A DNA stretch of 64,000 bases from Schmidtea nova (Eukaryota): the NCBI GenBank assembly GCA_044892505.1, contig CM097883.1, positions 239,072,001 to 239,136,000 on the forward strand, given 5' to 3'. Under the pieces are notes generated by a model that was not told the DNA's origin, made no database searches, and saw only the letters and a program-made list of their open reading frames with translations. Below, in pieces: positions 38,601 through 48,655 of this stretch; position 1 is the first letter of the stretch, and every line of letters begins with the position of its first letter. The position numbers and the translations under genes were made by a program.

Positions 38601-41600
38601 AATTTGAAAGATTGTCAGTTTTCGAAAGAATGGCAAATTACCACCTTTAAAAGATGAAATAATATTAATATATCTACTTCATGACTTAATTTTAAATAAA
38701 CATAGATGAGGATATTATTAATTCACTAGCCTCAGGGATCCCAACCTGCTAAATTATATGGTCTTTCAAAAGTACATAAAGATAATTTTTCTATGATACC
38801 TGTATTTTCAATAATTCAAACTTCACAATATAAGGTTGCTAAGTTTTTAGATAGTTTGTTGAAACCCTTAAATTAAGACTGAATATGAATGTAAAGATAG
38901 CTTTGAGTTTTCCTCTTTTATAGTAAATTTAAATAAGAGTGGGAATGATGACTTTATGGTTTCGGTTGATGTGGTTAGCCTTTTAACAAATGTTCTTTTA
39001 AACGAAGCGATTGATATTTGCTGCAATTTACGGAGTGTTAACACTTCACTTCATAATATTATTGATTTTGTTGCTTTTCCTAAACTTTTAACATTTGCTA
39101 CTTCTAATGTCCATTTTATCTTTGATAATAAATGTTATAAGCAGAGTGATGGTGTTTCCATGGGCTCACCTTTAGCTCCTACACTGGGTTCTATTTTTAT
39201 GTCAAGTTTAGAAAATAATTTTACAAATTTTAGTGTGAATAAACCTTCAGTATATAAACGTTATGTTAATGATATCTTTCTTGTATTTAAAAATTAAGAA
39301 CATGTTGAACTTTTTTTGTATTATATGAATAATTTGCATAAAAATATTAAATTTACTTTTGAAGAGGAAATTAATTCTAAAATATCATTTCTTGATTTGT
39401 TGATCGAAAAAAATAATAAACATTTTGAAACCGAAATTAATAGGAAAACAACAGATACTGGTTTATATACATCACCTGAAAGCTTTTGTGATTTTAAATA
39501 TAAAAGAAATATGATAATGGGGATTAGTTTATCGTTCTTGGACATTACCATCAACTTATTGTAATTCTATAAATAGTATTGATAAATTACTTAAATTACT
39601 ACATAATAATGGATATTCAAAATGTTTCTTGCAACGAATGGTGAGTGAAATTGTTGATAAGTTTATTGATAAGTTGAATGTGATTAATGACAAAATTTAT
39701 CCTGGTGTTGATCCGTTTAATTACCTTGATAGTGCTCCTTTGATTGAAACAGGTGATGTTGTTTTGAGAATGTATGATGGTTTTGATGGTAATAATAATG
39801 AAATAAATAAAAATAATTTGAAGGATAGCATTGGTTCTGTTATAGTTTTACCGTTTTCTGAGGGTTTTGTAAATTTTAGAAAAAATATTGGAGATACTAA
39901 TGTTAAAATAATTTCTAAGTTTTTCAAAGTTCGGGACATGTTCAGTATTAAATTTGTGACGTCATTTGGCCTGTATATCTCGTATATCGTTTTACTCGTA
40001 ATGAGCGTAATGCCACATACATTGGAGAGACTGCCCGTCTACTCTGTACACGAGTTCATGAGCAAGCCAGAAAGAACGGAAAGAGTAACATTATTGAGCA
40101 TAATAAGACTTGCGAGAAAAGCATTGATATTTCCAATTTCAAAATACTTTCTAGGGGTTTTTAAAATTATTATGAACGTGTGAATTGTGGGGCTTTAATG
40201 ATTAAATCATTTAATCCTAAAATAAACATACAAAAGGCAATATCTACATGCATTTTGAGAGTTTTTAATTAATTTTACTTGTGTTAATAAAAGTTTTATT
40301 GAATTGTGCACATGTGACTATGTAATCCTTAATAAGCGTATAAATAAGATAAGTTTTTATTTTATTGAAATTGTGTAAAGCCTAATGTGGCAACTGAGCT
40401 GTGGAAATATATTGCAATAATACATTTTAAAAAATGGTGTTCTTTTATTTTTTTAATTTAATAATATTTTACAAAAACTATTTTACAAACATCAAAAAAA
40501 TATCAAAATTATTTAGAATTAAATGAATATTAAAATTCGCTAATATAGGCTAATAATTTGAAATGAGATTCAGTATTATGAAAATAATGCCAGAATGACA
40601 CAGAAAATTGGGTCAATAAGAATAGAACTGAGTTTCGTGATCTGAATACACTGAATAAACACATCCCGCCGGGTCGGCAGCTTCCAAGTAAACCACGCCC
40701 CGTCCTGACACAAATGGACCCGAACGACAACTCAATTGACTCTGACCCCTACTTCTCAAGCTCTCACTATTAGGAACTGATCACCTGCCTTCATGCCTAA
40801 ATTTTCGTTTGTCGGATGGAATTTGCGCAGCGATGTCAAAATCTATAATTATATCATCGATATTTCCACACTGTATCTCGTTAACATTGAGAACATTTAA
40901 TAATCTTATTTTTAATTTACTAGATCTGAGAAGCTCGCAGATGATTTTAAGTGTTATAATATTCATCAATTTTGTTCTCGCGACAAACAATTTCACTCCT
41001 ATTTATGCTAACATCTTTAATTTCACCATCTTCAGTTCCTTGACTTATAGAAGTAGAATTTGTGTTATTTGAAAAAGTATAATTATTCAAAGTTGATAAA
41101 TCGAGAAAATAAACATATGATTTATATAGATTTCCAAAAGACCGTCTAAAGGCTTGAAGTCGAGACTGTAAAATTCTCGTTATCGCTAGTTCGCCACAAA
41201 TCCCAGCAACTCTTCTTTTATTAATTAAAGTTTATTTAATCATAATTTTAAGTCTTATTAGTTTATATATCATTTTTACTATGGCCAGGGCTAGGCGCGA
41301 CCAAATTTTTAAAATGATCCTCGTTTATTGCTTAGTATTCCTTAAAACTACTTAGACAAACTCCATTAAATATTCTCTTTTTCATTTATACTTCATTACT
41401 TATATTGTCACTTTCAATGAAATATTCAGATTAGAGAAAAGGAAATTGAAGAAATTTATACACAATTTTATTAAATAATATTTATATTAGCAACGGTTGT
41501 CTGAAATTTAAACATTATTCAGTCAAACTGTGAATGGAGTTATAGTCGCGTTTCCTGTTGTGGATTTTTCGGACTTTTTGTTAGTCTAGCAATTTGGATT

Positions 41601-44438
41601 ACTTATAATTATGCTGTTAAATGAAAGGACAGTTTTGTATATCTTTTCCCATCTTCATATAATTGGAAATCAACAGAAAGCATGTTGACAGGTAAACTTT
41701 CAACATTTATTTTTTCATAGGTTTTGCGTAAAATAATCTTAATTTGCATTTATCTAATTAAATAATCGGATTTTGTCCAAATAAGGGTGTCAAATCTGTG
41801 AACGCTCACCCAATTGTATTTTTTGTAAATATTTATTTAACTTATTCAGTTCAAGGTCATTAGCGCTGGTAATCTTTGTCAATCCGTATTCTTACCCATT
41901 TTTGTTTTATCTGTTTCCAAGAAGTATTTGTTTATATAAACTACATTAAGATTTATTTCATTGTTATATTTACTTATTTGTTTGTCTTTCTTTCGTTATC
42001 TTAATTCCATCTCATAAAAATTGACATTAAAATTTAATATTTTAAATTATAGAATTGTTTTGCTTTGCTTCATTTCCGACCATCCGTATGTCTTAATTAA
42101 TTTGAGTATTTTTCCATGCTTTATATAAGGTTGCTTTCTATATATATGTGTGTGCCACAAAATTACAAATCAATTTTTAGTGCTTTTCTCTCAACCGATT
42201 CACTTCAAATTTTGCACAGTTGCTCACTTCCGGTGACAATACATGTAAATTGATAATTTGACCAAAAAAAGTTAATTAAGTTAACTAAATAACAATTTGA
42301 ATTTCCCCATACATTTAACAATGGACGAGAGGTAAATGTGTTGGTGTCTTCAGAGAAATTTTGCGTGTAAATGTAATATAAATTGCAAAAAAAAATTTCT
42401 CAGCCAAGTGGAGTTCTGCTCGCATAAAGCATGGATTTGAAAAAAGAATTTTTTTTTGATTTACTAGTTGTAATACTTATTTTAAGCAGTTAACTTTATT
42501 TTCATGCAATTAATCCCAATAAATATGTTGAACGAAAAATTAAACTGTTGTATACATTAATAAATCTAATTTTTTAGTTTCTAGGTCGATCCCACTAGAA
42601 CAATTCCATCTGGTACATTAGGACTAGGCAGCAATTTAACTTAGATACGATTCTTTTGCCAATATTTAATTTATGATTTATTATTGAGTAATATTTTTAT
42701 GAATATACTAGGTGTAACCTGTGGAAAATCACGTCATGTACTGACACAATTTAAATTTTATATTTCTCAGAACAAGAAAATTTAATCAACATATAATCAG
42801 TCTATAAGTTTAATATGAAAAAAATAATAAATAAAGATTTCAAAATTCTACGCAAGTCTAAATATATTATTTGCTTATTAATGTCAATGGTATATAATTT
42901 ATATATTAAAAAATAATGATACAAAACTTACGGACGTATGTACAACGGTAATTACTTATCCGGGATGCCCAGACTTTATCCCGACAAGAGCCGAAAATTC
43001 TAAACTCAGAATTTTCAGAGACGCAATTAGAGTTGTAAATTCTATTTTTTAAATTAAATTTTAACGATAACTTTACGGCCTTAACTAGAGCCGCTTTGAA
43101 GACGTAGAAAAACCGCAGTTTTGGCTAAGTATGCTATAAATGTTGATATTATTAAGAATGTTAAAAATTCTAAATGATGAACCGAAGGCATTTATTTTAT
43201 CCAGTTTTAAAAAAAACTAGTCAATTGTCAGTCTAAATCAAAATATTTATCTAAAGTTTCCAAAAGATGGTATAGAAAATGCAAAATCAATTAGTAAAAT
43301 GTTGTTCCGAAAACTCGTGTTGATTAGCTAGCATTGGCCGATAATCGGGAAGAAATGAAGATAAACGAAATTGTAAATGAAAACAAATTGAAGGTGAAGA
43401 CGTTACAAGACTTGACTGACAATAAGTTATTAGTTAAATGTTACAAATGATGACAGACGACACTCTACCTCGTTTATTTCTCTATCATGCGCTTTCATTT
43501 TTCGAAATTTATTTATTGTTGAAAATGAAATGTATAATTTATTTTACACAAAATATTGACTGAACTAGTGAAATAATTTGCCTTAAATCCGACAGTGCTT
43601 ATAAAGGCGTTAGGATAATAATTGGTAGTCCTTAGCTGTAGACAAATCTTGAAAGGCTAACAAGCATCGTGGATTATTAAAAATAAAATCTATATGCAAT
43701 CACCGTTGCTATGGGAAAGGCATTGTAAATACTGAAAATGTTTACAATTAAATTATTTTCATGCTTAAAGCCAGCTAATTACTATAAACACGAGAGAAGG
43801 AAAGAGTTACTTCTCTTCATTATTTTGAAATATTTACCCGGACACCAAAATTTCTAATGTAAATATTAATCATAAAATTAATAATATTATTAATTATGTT
43901 ATTTCATTTCAGGTGCTGGATTAAAAGTTCCAGTAATGCGTTTTACACCTTTATCATTCCTATTGGAATAATTCTTGCTCTCAATCTCATCGCCCTATTT
44001 TTCATAGCTCATGCGCTGATTCGTAATTATTTAGATACTCGCAAAACGAAAGTCAATGAATCCAAGTAAATATTATCATTTATTATCGTTTGTCTATCAT
44101 TTTGAACGCTACAGTGAATTGATGGTATTTATGCAACTGTTTGCGTCGATGGGTCTCACGTGGCTGCCATCATGTTTTGCCACAGTATATCTTGTAGCTA
44201 TGTACATGTGGGTACTTTTCTTTCCTTTGCAAGGATTGATGATGTTTCTGTTCGTTGTCGTTATCAATAGGGTAAATAATTCAGGTGTTCTATAATTTTC
44301 AATTATATTAAAATTAGGAAAATCGTGAAAAAGTTTCAAGCTTTGTTATTGAAAAATATTCTTCTTTGATTTCCAAATCCACAAGCAGTTCGGATTCAAG
44401 AAGTCATTCAAAGTCCAAGTCTACTTCTCATTCAAAAG
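16859..44438 (+). CDS. Adhesion G protein-coupled receptor (EGF-like + GAIN/GPS + 7TM_2), multi-exon, 5' and 3' ends unresolved
   Basis: Phase-consistent GT-AG exon chain: 16859-16965 (gap edge), 17017-17179, 17225-17277, 17322-17445, 19092-19126, 19173-19276, [19890-19948 and 22341-22368 tentative], 22493-22709, 26493-26607, 26662-26876, 28213-28274, 30693-30905, 30954-31151, 37020-37163, 43913-44065, 44115-44271, 44318-44438. It shows a GPS motif C..W..GC..CECDHL/SNFAML and seven hydrophobic helices with class B2 hallmarks (C..VA, GYG.P, CW..F..P..N, MGLTW, LQG). Confidence 0.9.
17322..17445 (+). CDS. Adhesion GPCR exon: calcium-binding EGF-like domain
   Basis: VFVNECEISSMLCLSNSSCVDEPIGYKCTNDAHNGSHCLDI matches the NEC..C..C.D...GYKC pattern (five Cys seen). 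It is flanked by a 44-nt intron and a phase-1 donor at 17446. Confidence 0.8.
18411..18627 (+). repeat. Best copy of a dispersed 'handle + long palindrome' family
   Basis: Handle ATTATCTTTTTGTTTCACCTTTGATCTCTTTT is followed by ~88-bp arms (18444-18531 / 18534-18627). Relatives occur at ~11904, 12780-12920, 12921-13080, 34092-34216, 44740 and 46490. Confidence 0.8.
20180..21255 (-). mobile_element. Mariner, sister subfamily of 7702-8989, degenerate
   Basis: ~38-bp TIRs CGTGGTGCGCCCAATAAGTACTGTCACTCATAAAGAAA. Transposase remnant MFLEAVQNRSVIRFLVLK..YRWYSEFQNGRTSVVDEEKCGRP..ITQDEA. Confidence 0.93.
21268..21624. mobile_element. hAT (Charlie-like) MITE
   Basis: Perfect 13-bp TIR CAGTGTTTCTCAA / TTGAGAAACACTG; TSD not preserved. 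Confidence 0.75.
22493..28274 (+). CDS. Adhesion GPCR GAIN-domain exons (22493-22709, 26493-26607, 26662-26876, 28213-28274)
   Basis: All four exons are open and join in phase. The sequence ..NSDFISLSL..NITIQFK.. resembles GAIN subdomain B, and the last exon supplies the first GPS cysteine (EEECGYLVDDK). Confidence 0.8.
23603..24372. mobile_element. Non-autonomous Tc1/pogo-type element
   Basis: TA|CCGGATTTCCTGAAAAATAAGACC .. GGTCTTATTTTCGAGTAAAACCGG|TA (20/24 match), with internal repeats of AAAATAAGACC/GGTCTTATTTT. Confidence 0.8.
24516..25960 (-). mobile_element. hAT (Buster/SCAND3-ZBED5-like) transposon 3' remnant
   Basis: CAGTGTTTCCCAACC end at 24516. Transposase remnant LFKLYCEEQNSDYVRLLHHTEVRWLSKGNCLKRF..YLANIFEKLNILNSQLQG. 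Confidence 0.88.
28527..28754. mobile_element. piggyBac-type MITE
   Basis: TTAA|CCCCTTAACGCAC .. GTGCGGTAAGGGG|TTAA. Confidence 0.8.
30167..30210 (+). ncRNA. Minimal type I hammerhead ribozyme motif (Penelope pLTR type)
   Basis: ATGGCA-CTGACGA-GCACCAAATAAACTC-GAAAC-GC-GTC-TGCCAT: perfect 6-bp stem I, intact CUGANGA/GAAA/GUC core, palindromic ACGCGT stem III, weak stem II. Confidence 0.75.
30312..30531. mobile_element. hAT MITE with intact 8-bp TSD
   Basis: CAAGCCCGGATT.. / ..TTTCGGGCCTG, flanked by TCTTAACT at 30304-30311 and 30532-30539. Confidence 0.88.
30693..31151 (+). CDS. Adhesion GPCR exons: GPS cleavage site, TM1-TM3
   Basis: NWEWSVDGCKKVMESGNQFYCECDHLSNFAMLF..TM1, a 48-nt intron (30906-30953), then NIAICLLLGTIVFFLG..FCQLVAIFTQFLFLSAFVW. 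Confidence 0.92.
31252..32525 (-). mobile_element. Full-length mariner (Mos1/SETMAR-type DD34D), 1274 bp, disrupted transposase
   Basis: TA|TTAGGTCGACAAATAAG .. CTTATTTGTCGACCTAA|TA. Motifs include IIIGDEKW, HGEKAMLSFWWSVRG, HQDN and YSPDISPSDYHLF. Confidence 0.95.
32601..32663. repeat. (ATT)n microsatellite
   Basis: About 21 units read directly. Confidence 0.97.
33741..33778 (-). ncRNA. Degenerate minimal hammerhead ribozyme motif
   Basis: Minus strand GCAC-CTGATGA-TGAGGAGTTTCTA-GTAA-T-AT-A-TT-GTGC: stem I GCAC/GTGC, core GAAA mutated to GTAA. The inverted partner arm has the intact GAAATATATTGTGC. Confidence 0.5.
37020..37163 (+). CDS. Adhesion GPCR exon: TM4
   Basis: Phase 2-2 exon, ASLRYQNEDWMVKYRLATLGVGYGVPLVIVIISGSIYWSAYGSISDDV, with a gtaag donor. 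Confidence 0.88.
37588..38660 (-). mobile_element. Helitron 3' end with PIF1-type helicase C-terminal remnant
   Basis: MRVDPEEEAFAKYILKLGNG, MTVHKSQGQT, LYVAFSRV. A terminal hairpin CCGAGC-GAA-GCTCGG is followed by CTGG|T (CTRR terminus) at 37588. Confidence 0.92.
38680..40420 (+). mobile_element. Penelope-like retroelement (RT + GIY-YIG endonuclease), 5'-truncated and degenerate
   Basis: SGSQPAKLYGLSKVHK, SVDVVSLLTNV, YKQSDGVSMGSPLAPTL, YKRYVNDIF, ISFLDLLI, INRKTTDTGLY, CNATYIGETARLLCTRVHEQ. Confidence 0.92.
43913..44438 (+). CDS. Adhesion GPCR exons: TM5-TM7 and Ser-rich cytoplasmic tail
   Basis: CWIKSSSNAFYTFIIPIGIILALN.., a 49-nt intron, ..FASMGLTW..FPLQGLMMFLF.., a 46-nt intron, then ENREKV..STSSSDSRSHSKSKSTSHSK. 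Confidence 0.9.
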
Positions 44439-44439
44439 G

Positions 44440-44480
<41 letters not shown>
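44440..44480. repeat. (TA)n microsatellite directly after the exon 44318-44438 donor
   Basis: Read directly. Confidence 0.97.
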
Positions 44481-44485
<5 letters not shown>

Positions 44486-45418
44486 ATACAAATGTCATAA
44501 CGTCTATGGCCACTAATAGTTAGGCCTGGTTTTTTTTAAAGATTTTTGAAAATTTTCAAAAATATTTTTATTAACAATTACAATTTGGATTTCTGTTTAT
44601 TTTATTAAAAAATAAATTATATCATAGATATTATTTCAAACAAAACAGGATTGCAGACATTTTTGTTTTTTCAAATGTATGGAAATTTAAATAAAAATTC
44701 ATCTACTTTTTGAAAAAATGAAAATTGCTGAAATAGAAAAGATGAGATCAAAGGTGAACAAAACAAAAGATGTTAATGAAAGCAGTATTGGGATAAATAA
44801 ATTTCTAATTCTGTTAGATATAAATTTTATAATTAGTGAATATTAGTAAATATTTTTGAGTGGCAAATCTTCTAATTTCGATACGAAATTTCGAAATGTA
44901 GACGCAAGGCCTACGAATGATTTCAGAAAACACTACAANNNNNNNNNNNNNNNNNNNNNNNNNNNNNNNNNNNNNNNNNNNNNNNNNNNNNNNNNNNNNN
45001 NNNNNNNNNNNNNNNNNNNNNNNNNNNNNNNNNNNNNNNNNNNNNNNNNNNNNNNNNNNNNNNNNNNNNNNNNNNNNNNNNNNNNNNNNNNNNNNNNNNN
45101 NNNNNNNNNNNNNNNNNNNNNNNNNNNNNNNNNNNNNNNNNNNNNNNNNNNNNNNNNNNNNNNNNNNNNNNNNNNNNNNNNNNNNNNNNNNNNNNNNNNN
45201 NNNNNNNNNNNNNNNNNNNNNNNNNNNNNNNNNNNNNNNNNNNNNNNNNNNNNNNNNNNNNNNNNNNNNNNNNNNNNNNNNNNNNNNNNNNNNNNNNNNN
45301 NNNNNNNNNNNNNNNNNNNNNNNNNNNNNNNNNNNNNNNNNNNNNNNNNNNNNNNNNNNNNNNNNNNNNNNNNNNNNNNNNNNNNNNNNNNNNNNNNNNN
45401 NNNNNNNNNNNNNNNNAC

Positions 45419-45529
45419 AATCAAAGTTTATTGTCCGAAACTGAAAAAGAAAAGGACACAACGTTAGAAATGAGAACAATTTTGAATCATGATGACACGA
45501 CAATTCCTCTCAAAGACCCTGTTTGCTGA
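45419..45529 (+). CDS. Candidate terminal exon of the adhesion GPCR (5' edge in gap)
   Basis: Open frame emerging from the N gap, NQSLLSETEKEKDTTLEMRTILNHDDTTIPLKDPVC*. The splice link cannot be seen. Confidence 0.35.
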   Translation, partial: NQSLLSETEKEKDTTLEMRTILNHDDTTIPLKDPVC

Positions 45530-46794
45530 AGATGTTTAACCTTGAAATCATAATGAAATTATATGAAATTAATTTTATTTTTCAAATTTTATGTTGTAAT
45601 GTATTATTTATATCTCCGTTTTGAGTCGACCATTCATTGACAAGCGATACAAGTTGAAATTTTACATTTATGTCTTTGTTTACTTTTTCTATGTTTAAAA
45701 TGACTGTTTTACTTAATACATGCATTTAATCTAAAGAGTTCTCGGAGTTGTTTATTCATTCTCTCAGATATTTGTGTAAATAAGATTTAGCGCAAGCCAA
45801 TTTAATTGACAATCTCAATTATTTCTGACTATTGAATATTTTATTATTACATCCACGACATTGTTATATAAATTTATACGTGATTTGTTCATTAGTTATT
45901 GGATTTATTTCTTAATAAATTATTAGAAGATATTGTTAAATCTATCTTAATCTTAAGACTTAGTGTTTTTAGTGTCGACATGTTATTTTGCCATATTAGA
46001 GTTAAATCATGTATGATTTTTTAATGAATGGTGACATAGACAATTGTGTAGCACGTGGATTACTGTTGGGATCAAGTGTCCATCTGGCATTCTATCCAGG
46101 AGATGAAAAACCGTTACTATACAGAAAATTTGTTTTGATAAAAAAGTATATAAATAGTTTATATAATGAAAGTTTAATTTGATTTTAAGTAAAAACTGTT
46201 GATAAACAGCTGTTTCCTATCAAAAATCAGTTAAGTCCTATTTAAGGATAAAATTTGGAACTAAACCTTACATGTTTGATTATGAACCATTGGAACAGAA
46301 GATTGCGAGTTTTATAATCGCTATTTAACCATCGGTATCTGTATCACCTTCAGTTGGACAGATATGCCTTGTTATAGTCTAAGAGTTAATGAAATTATTG
46401 ATAATAATATATATTATTAAAATCTTAAATTTCCTTCGCTTTTCATCTTCGATTTTATTTTTTGATCTATTTTCTGAAAAAAATAAAAATATATTTTTCA
46501 CCTTAAATCATTTTTTAATTTAAGAAGTTTCATCTTAAGACTAGATCAAAACAATTTTACACTGCCAAAATAGCGTATACCTAATAAAAATATTGTTTTG
46601 ATATTTAGTCTTAGAAAAATTAATATGACAAGTTTAAATTAATTCCGTGAAAGGTTATTATTACAGTGTTCTAATAAAAAATATTTATCGTATATTTTCT
46701 AATTGTTTGAACGTTACAGATTTAGCTTCATTTTCATAACACAACCTTTTAATTTTGACAGCTAACTCTCAAGTATAGCTTAAGAATAAAGTTT

Positions 46795-46795
<1 letters not shown>

Positions 46796-46851
<56 letters not shown>
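46796..46851. repeat. (TA)n microsatellite
   Basis: Read directly. Confidence 0.97.
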
Positions 46852-46853
<2 letters not shown>

Positions 46854-47424
46854 TGGAATCCCAACCCCGAGTTCTATCACGTAAGCGGGGTTTTGAAGAA
46901 AGTAGCCATCGCTTCGCAAGAGTGGTCTTTACAAGGTCCGGAGGGCCAATAAATCCGGAAGTAATCTGTTTTCACTAAATTACTATTTAGTTCCTTCAAG
47001 ATTTTGCTTCAGTTATGATCATTAGTAATATAATTGATTTTCTAACTTGTTTTTATTTTGTTGAATGAATAGAATGAATATGTGAGCTTGTGAATAAGTG
47101 AGTTCAAGGATTTGAGAATATGTATAATGAAGGAAATTACTTGAATTGAATGCGTAAATTATAGTGGATAACAGTAAATAGAGTAGAGATACGCCTGGAT
47201 AATGATTGAACCATATCTATGACTGGACGATGATCGATGCGGGTTGAAGTGACGATGGTTGATGAATAGTGTAACTTTGGGGAGATGTAGTACTAGTCGT
47301 ACCGAGGCCCATCGGAAAGCGAAATTTCAAGGAAAAATTAGCATTGAGTTAGGAGAATAAGTATCGCGAAATTAAGAGCTAAATCTATAAAATTATCGGC
47401 ATTATTTCAGTATTAAAATTCTAG

Positions 47425-47967
47425 ATGGATAATCTAAAGCAAACTATTGATACGAATGCTGAATATCAATTGTATCGAAGGATCCGTCTATTAGAAGGAA
47501 AGTTTAGTCAGGAACTAGAAATGGAAGAGTTGCGGCGGATTTGGTTTAGTCCAGCAAAAATGAAAGAAGTGTTAGAGAGCAAGGATAGAGTGACACAGGC
47601 CCTCGGCGAACACACCGCTGAACTTTCTGCCACCAAATTAGAACTCGACGGTTGCCTACGTTCTGTCTCGAATGACTTTGTAGAAAGATATCTCCGAGAA
47701 CAGATACGCGCAAGTACTTTTGACCGGTGGATTCCGAAACGTGGAGTGACCATTGAAACACAAACGGAAGAGGTAACACCCGCGGTAGTGGCCGGTAACG
47801 TCAACAAAATGCCCGTTAAAACTAAGAAGCGAAATTGCCTTGGAGCGAAAAGAAAAAGAGAACGAAGGGCGTTCGCAGAGCTAATGAATATTGATGTTGA
47901 CCTCCTAAGCGGTTTGACCGAGAAGTTGTTGATAAATGTAATTAACATAAAGTTGTTTTTAGGCTAA
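47425..47967 (+). CDS. Orphan intact 180-aa ORF (helical/coiled-coil with basic NLS-like tail), probably TE- or virus-derived
   Basis: Uninterrupted intronless ORF in a GC-richer island; KTKKRNCLGAKRKRERR basic cluster. No family recognised. Confidence 0.55.
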   Translation: MDNLKQTIDTNAEYQLYRRIRLLEGKFSQELEMEELRRIWFSPAKMKEVLESKDRVTQALGEHTAELSATKLELDGCLRSVSNDFVERYLREQIRASTFDRWIPKRGVTIETQTEEVTPAVVAGNVNKMPVKTKKRNCLGAKRKRERRAFAELMNIDVDLLSGLTEKLLINVINIKLFLG

Positions 47968-48655
47968 CAAATGTATTTAATTTTTCGTGGGTTTGTCGTT
48001 GCTTTGAAAGTTGAGCATGGATGTGGGTATGGTAAATTAATAAACGTAATTAATTATAAAATAATGGGACTTAGAAATCGCTTAGACCTCTTATCGGTCG
48101 AAACGAACCCTGCTCTATTAACCTACACCGGCCAGTACACTACCAACGTGACGCGTAATTATGCGCAATTCACGGGTACTAGCGCGGGGTTTAATTTTTA
48201 TGTTGGCGGGATTACCCTAATCCGGACATCAAGCAAAATCCCAAGTTGACTAACATCAGCCAGCAAACCAATACTCATTTGACGAAGTATTTTGGCAATA
48301 ACACATTGGCTGAGTTGTCGCATAAACTTGTTTAGGCATTTTCTAGAAAAATGAACTATTATGATGAATTTGTTTTATGAACGAAAATTTCATGGCTTCC
48401 ACGATCTCACTCAATGTCCATCTTAATTGTAAATTTGATAACTCAGTTATGATTTTAACTTATGGTTAAATTAACCAACACTCACTGCATAAAACGAATT
48501 AACGATAATATTACATTGACAATTCAGTAGTGGTTCTGTCGGTTTCATCACTAACACAAACATGGCAATAAAATTTTTATTAACAACGAAGAGAAATTAT
48601 TTATTTATTTCATTCATCGAAAAATATGTGGTTTGATTGCTCAATTTCATTTACA

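Noticed and set aside
40530-41072. GC-richer patch with short ORFs
   Set aside because: No motif, splice chain or terminal repeat supports a call.
47508-47948. Antisense ORFs (also 8009-8311, 37826-38272, 49802-50113, 56952-57341, 60499-60888)
   Set aside because: They are shadow frames of real coding sequence on the opposite strand.
48063-48125. 2A-like peptide (DLLSVETNPAL)
   Set aside because: It lacks the required D(V/I)ExNPGP: no D and no GP.
48147-48182. Helitron-like hairpin plus CTAG end
   Set aside because: The hairpin is imperfect, the next base is C rather than T, and no matching 5' end was found.
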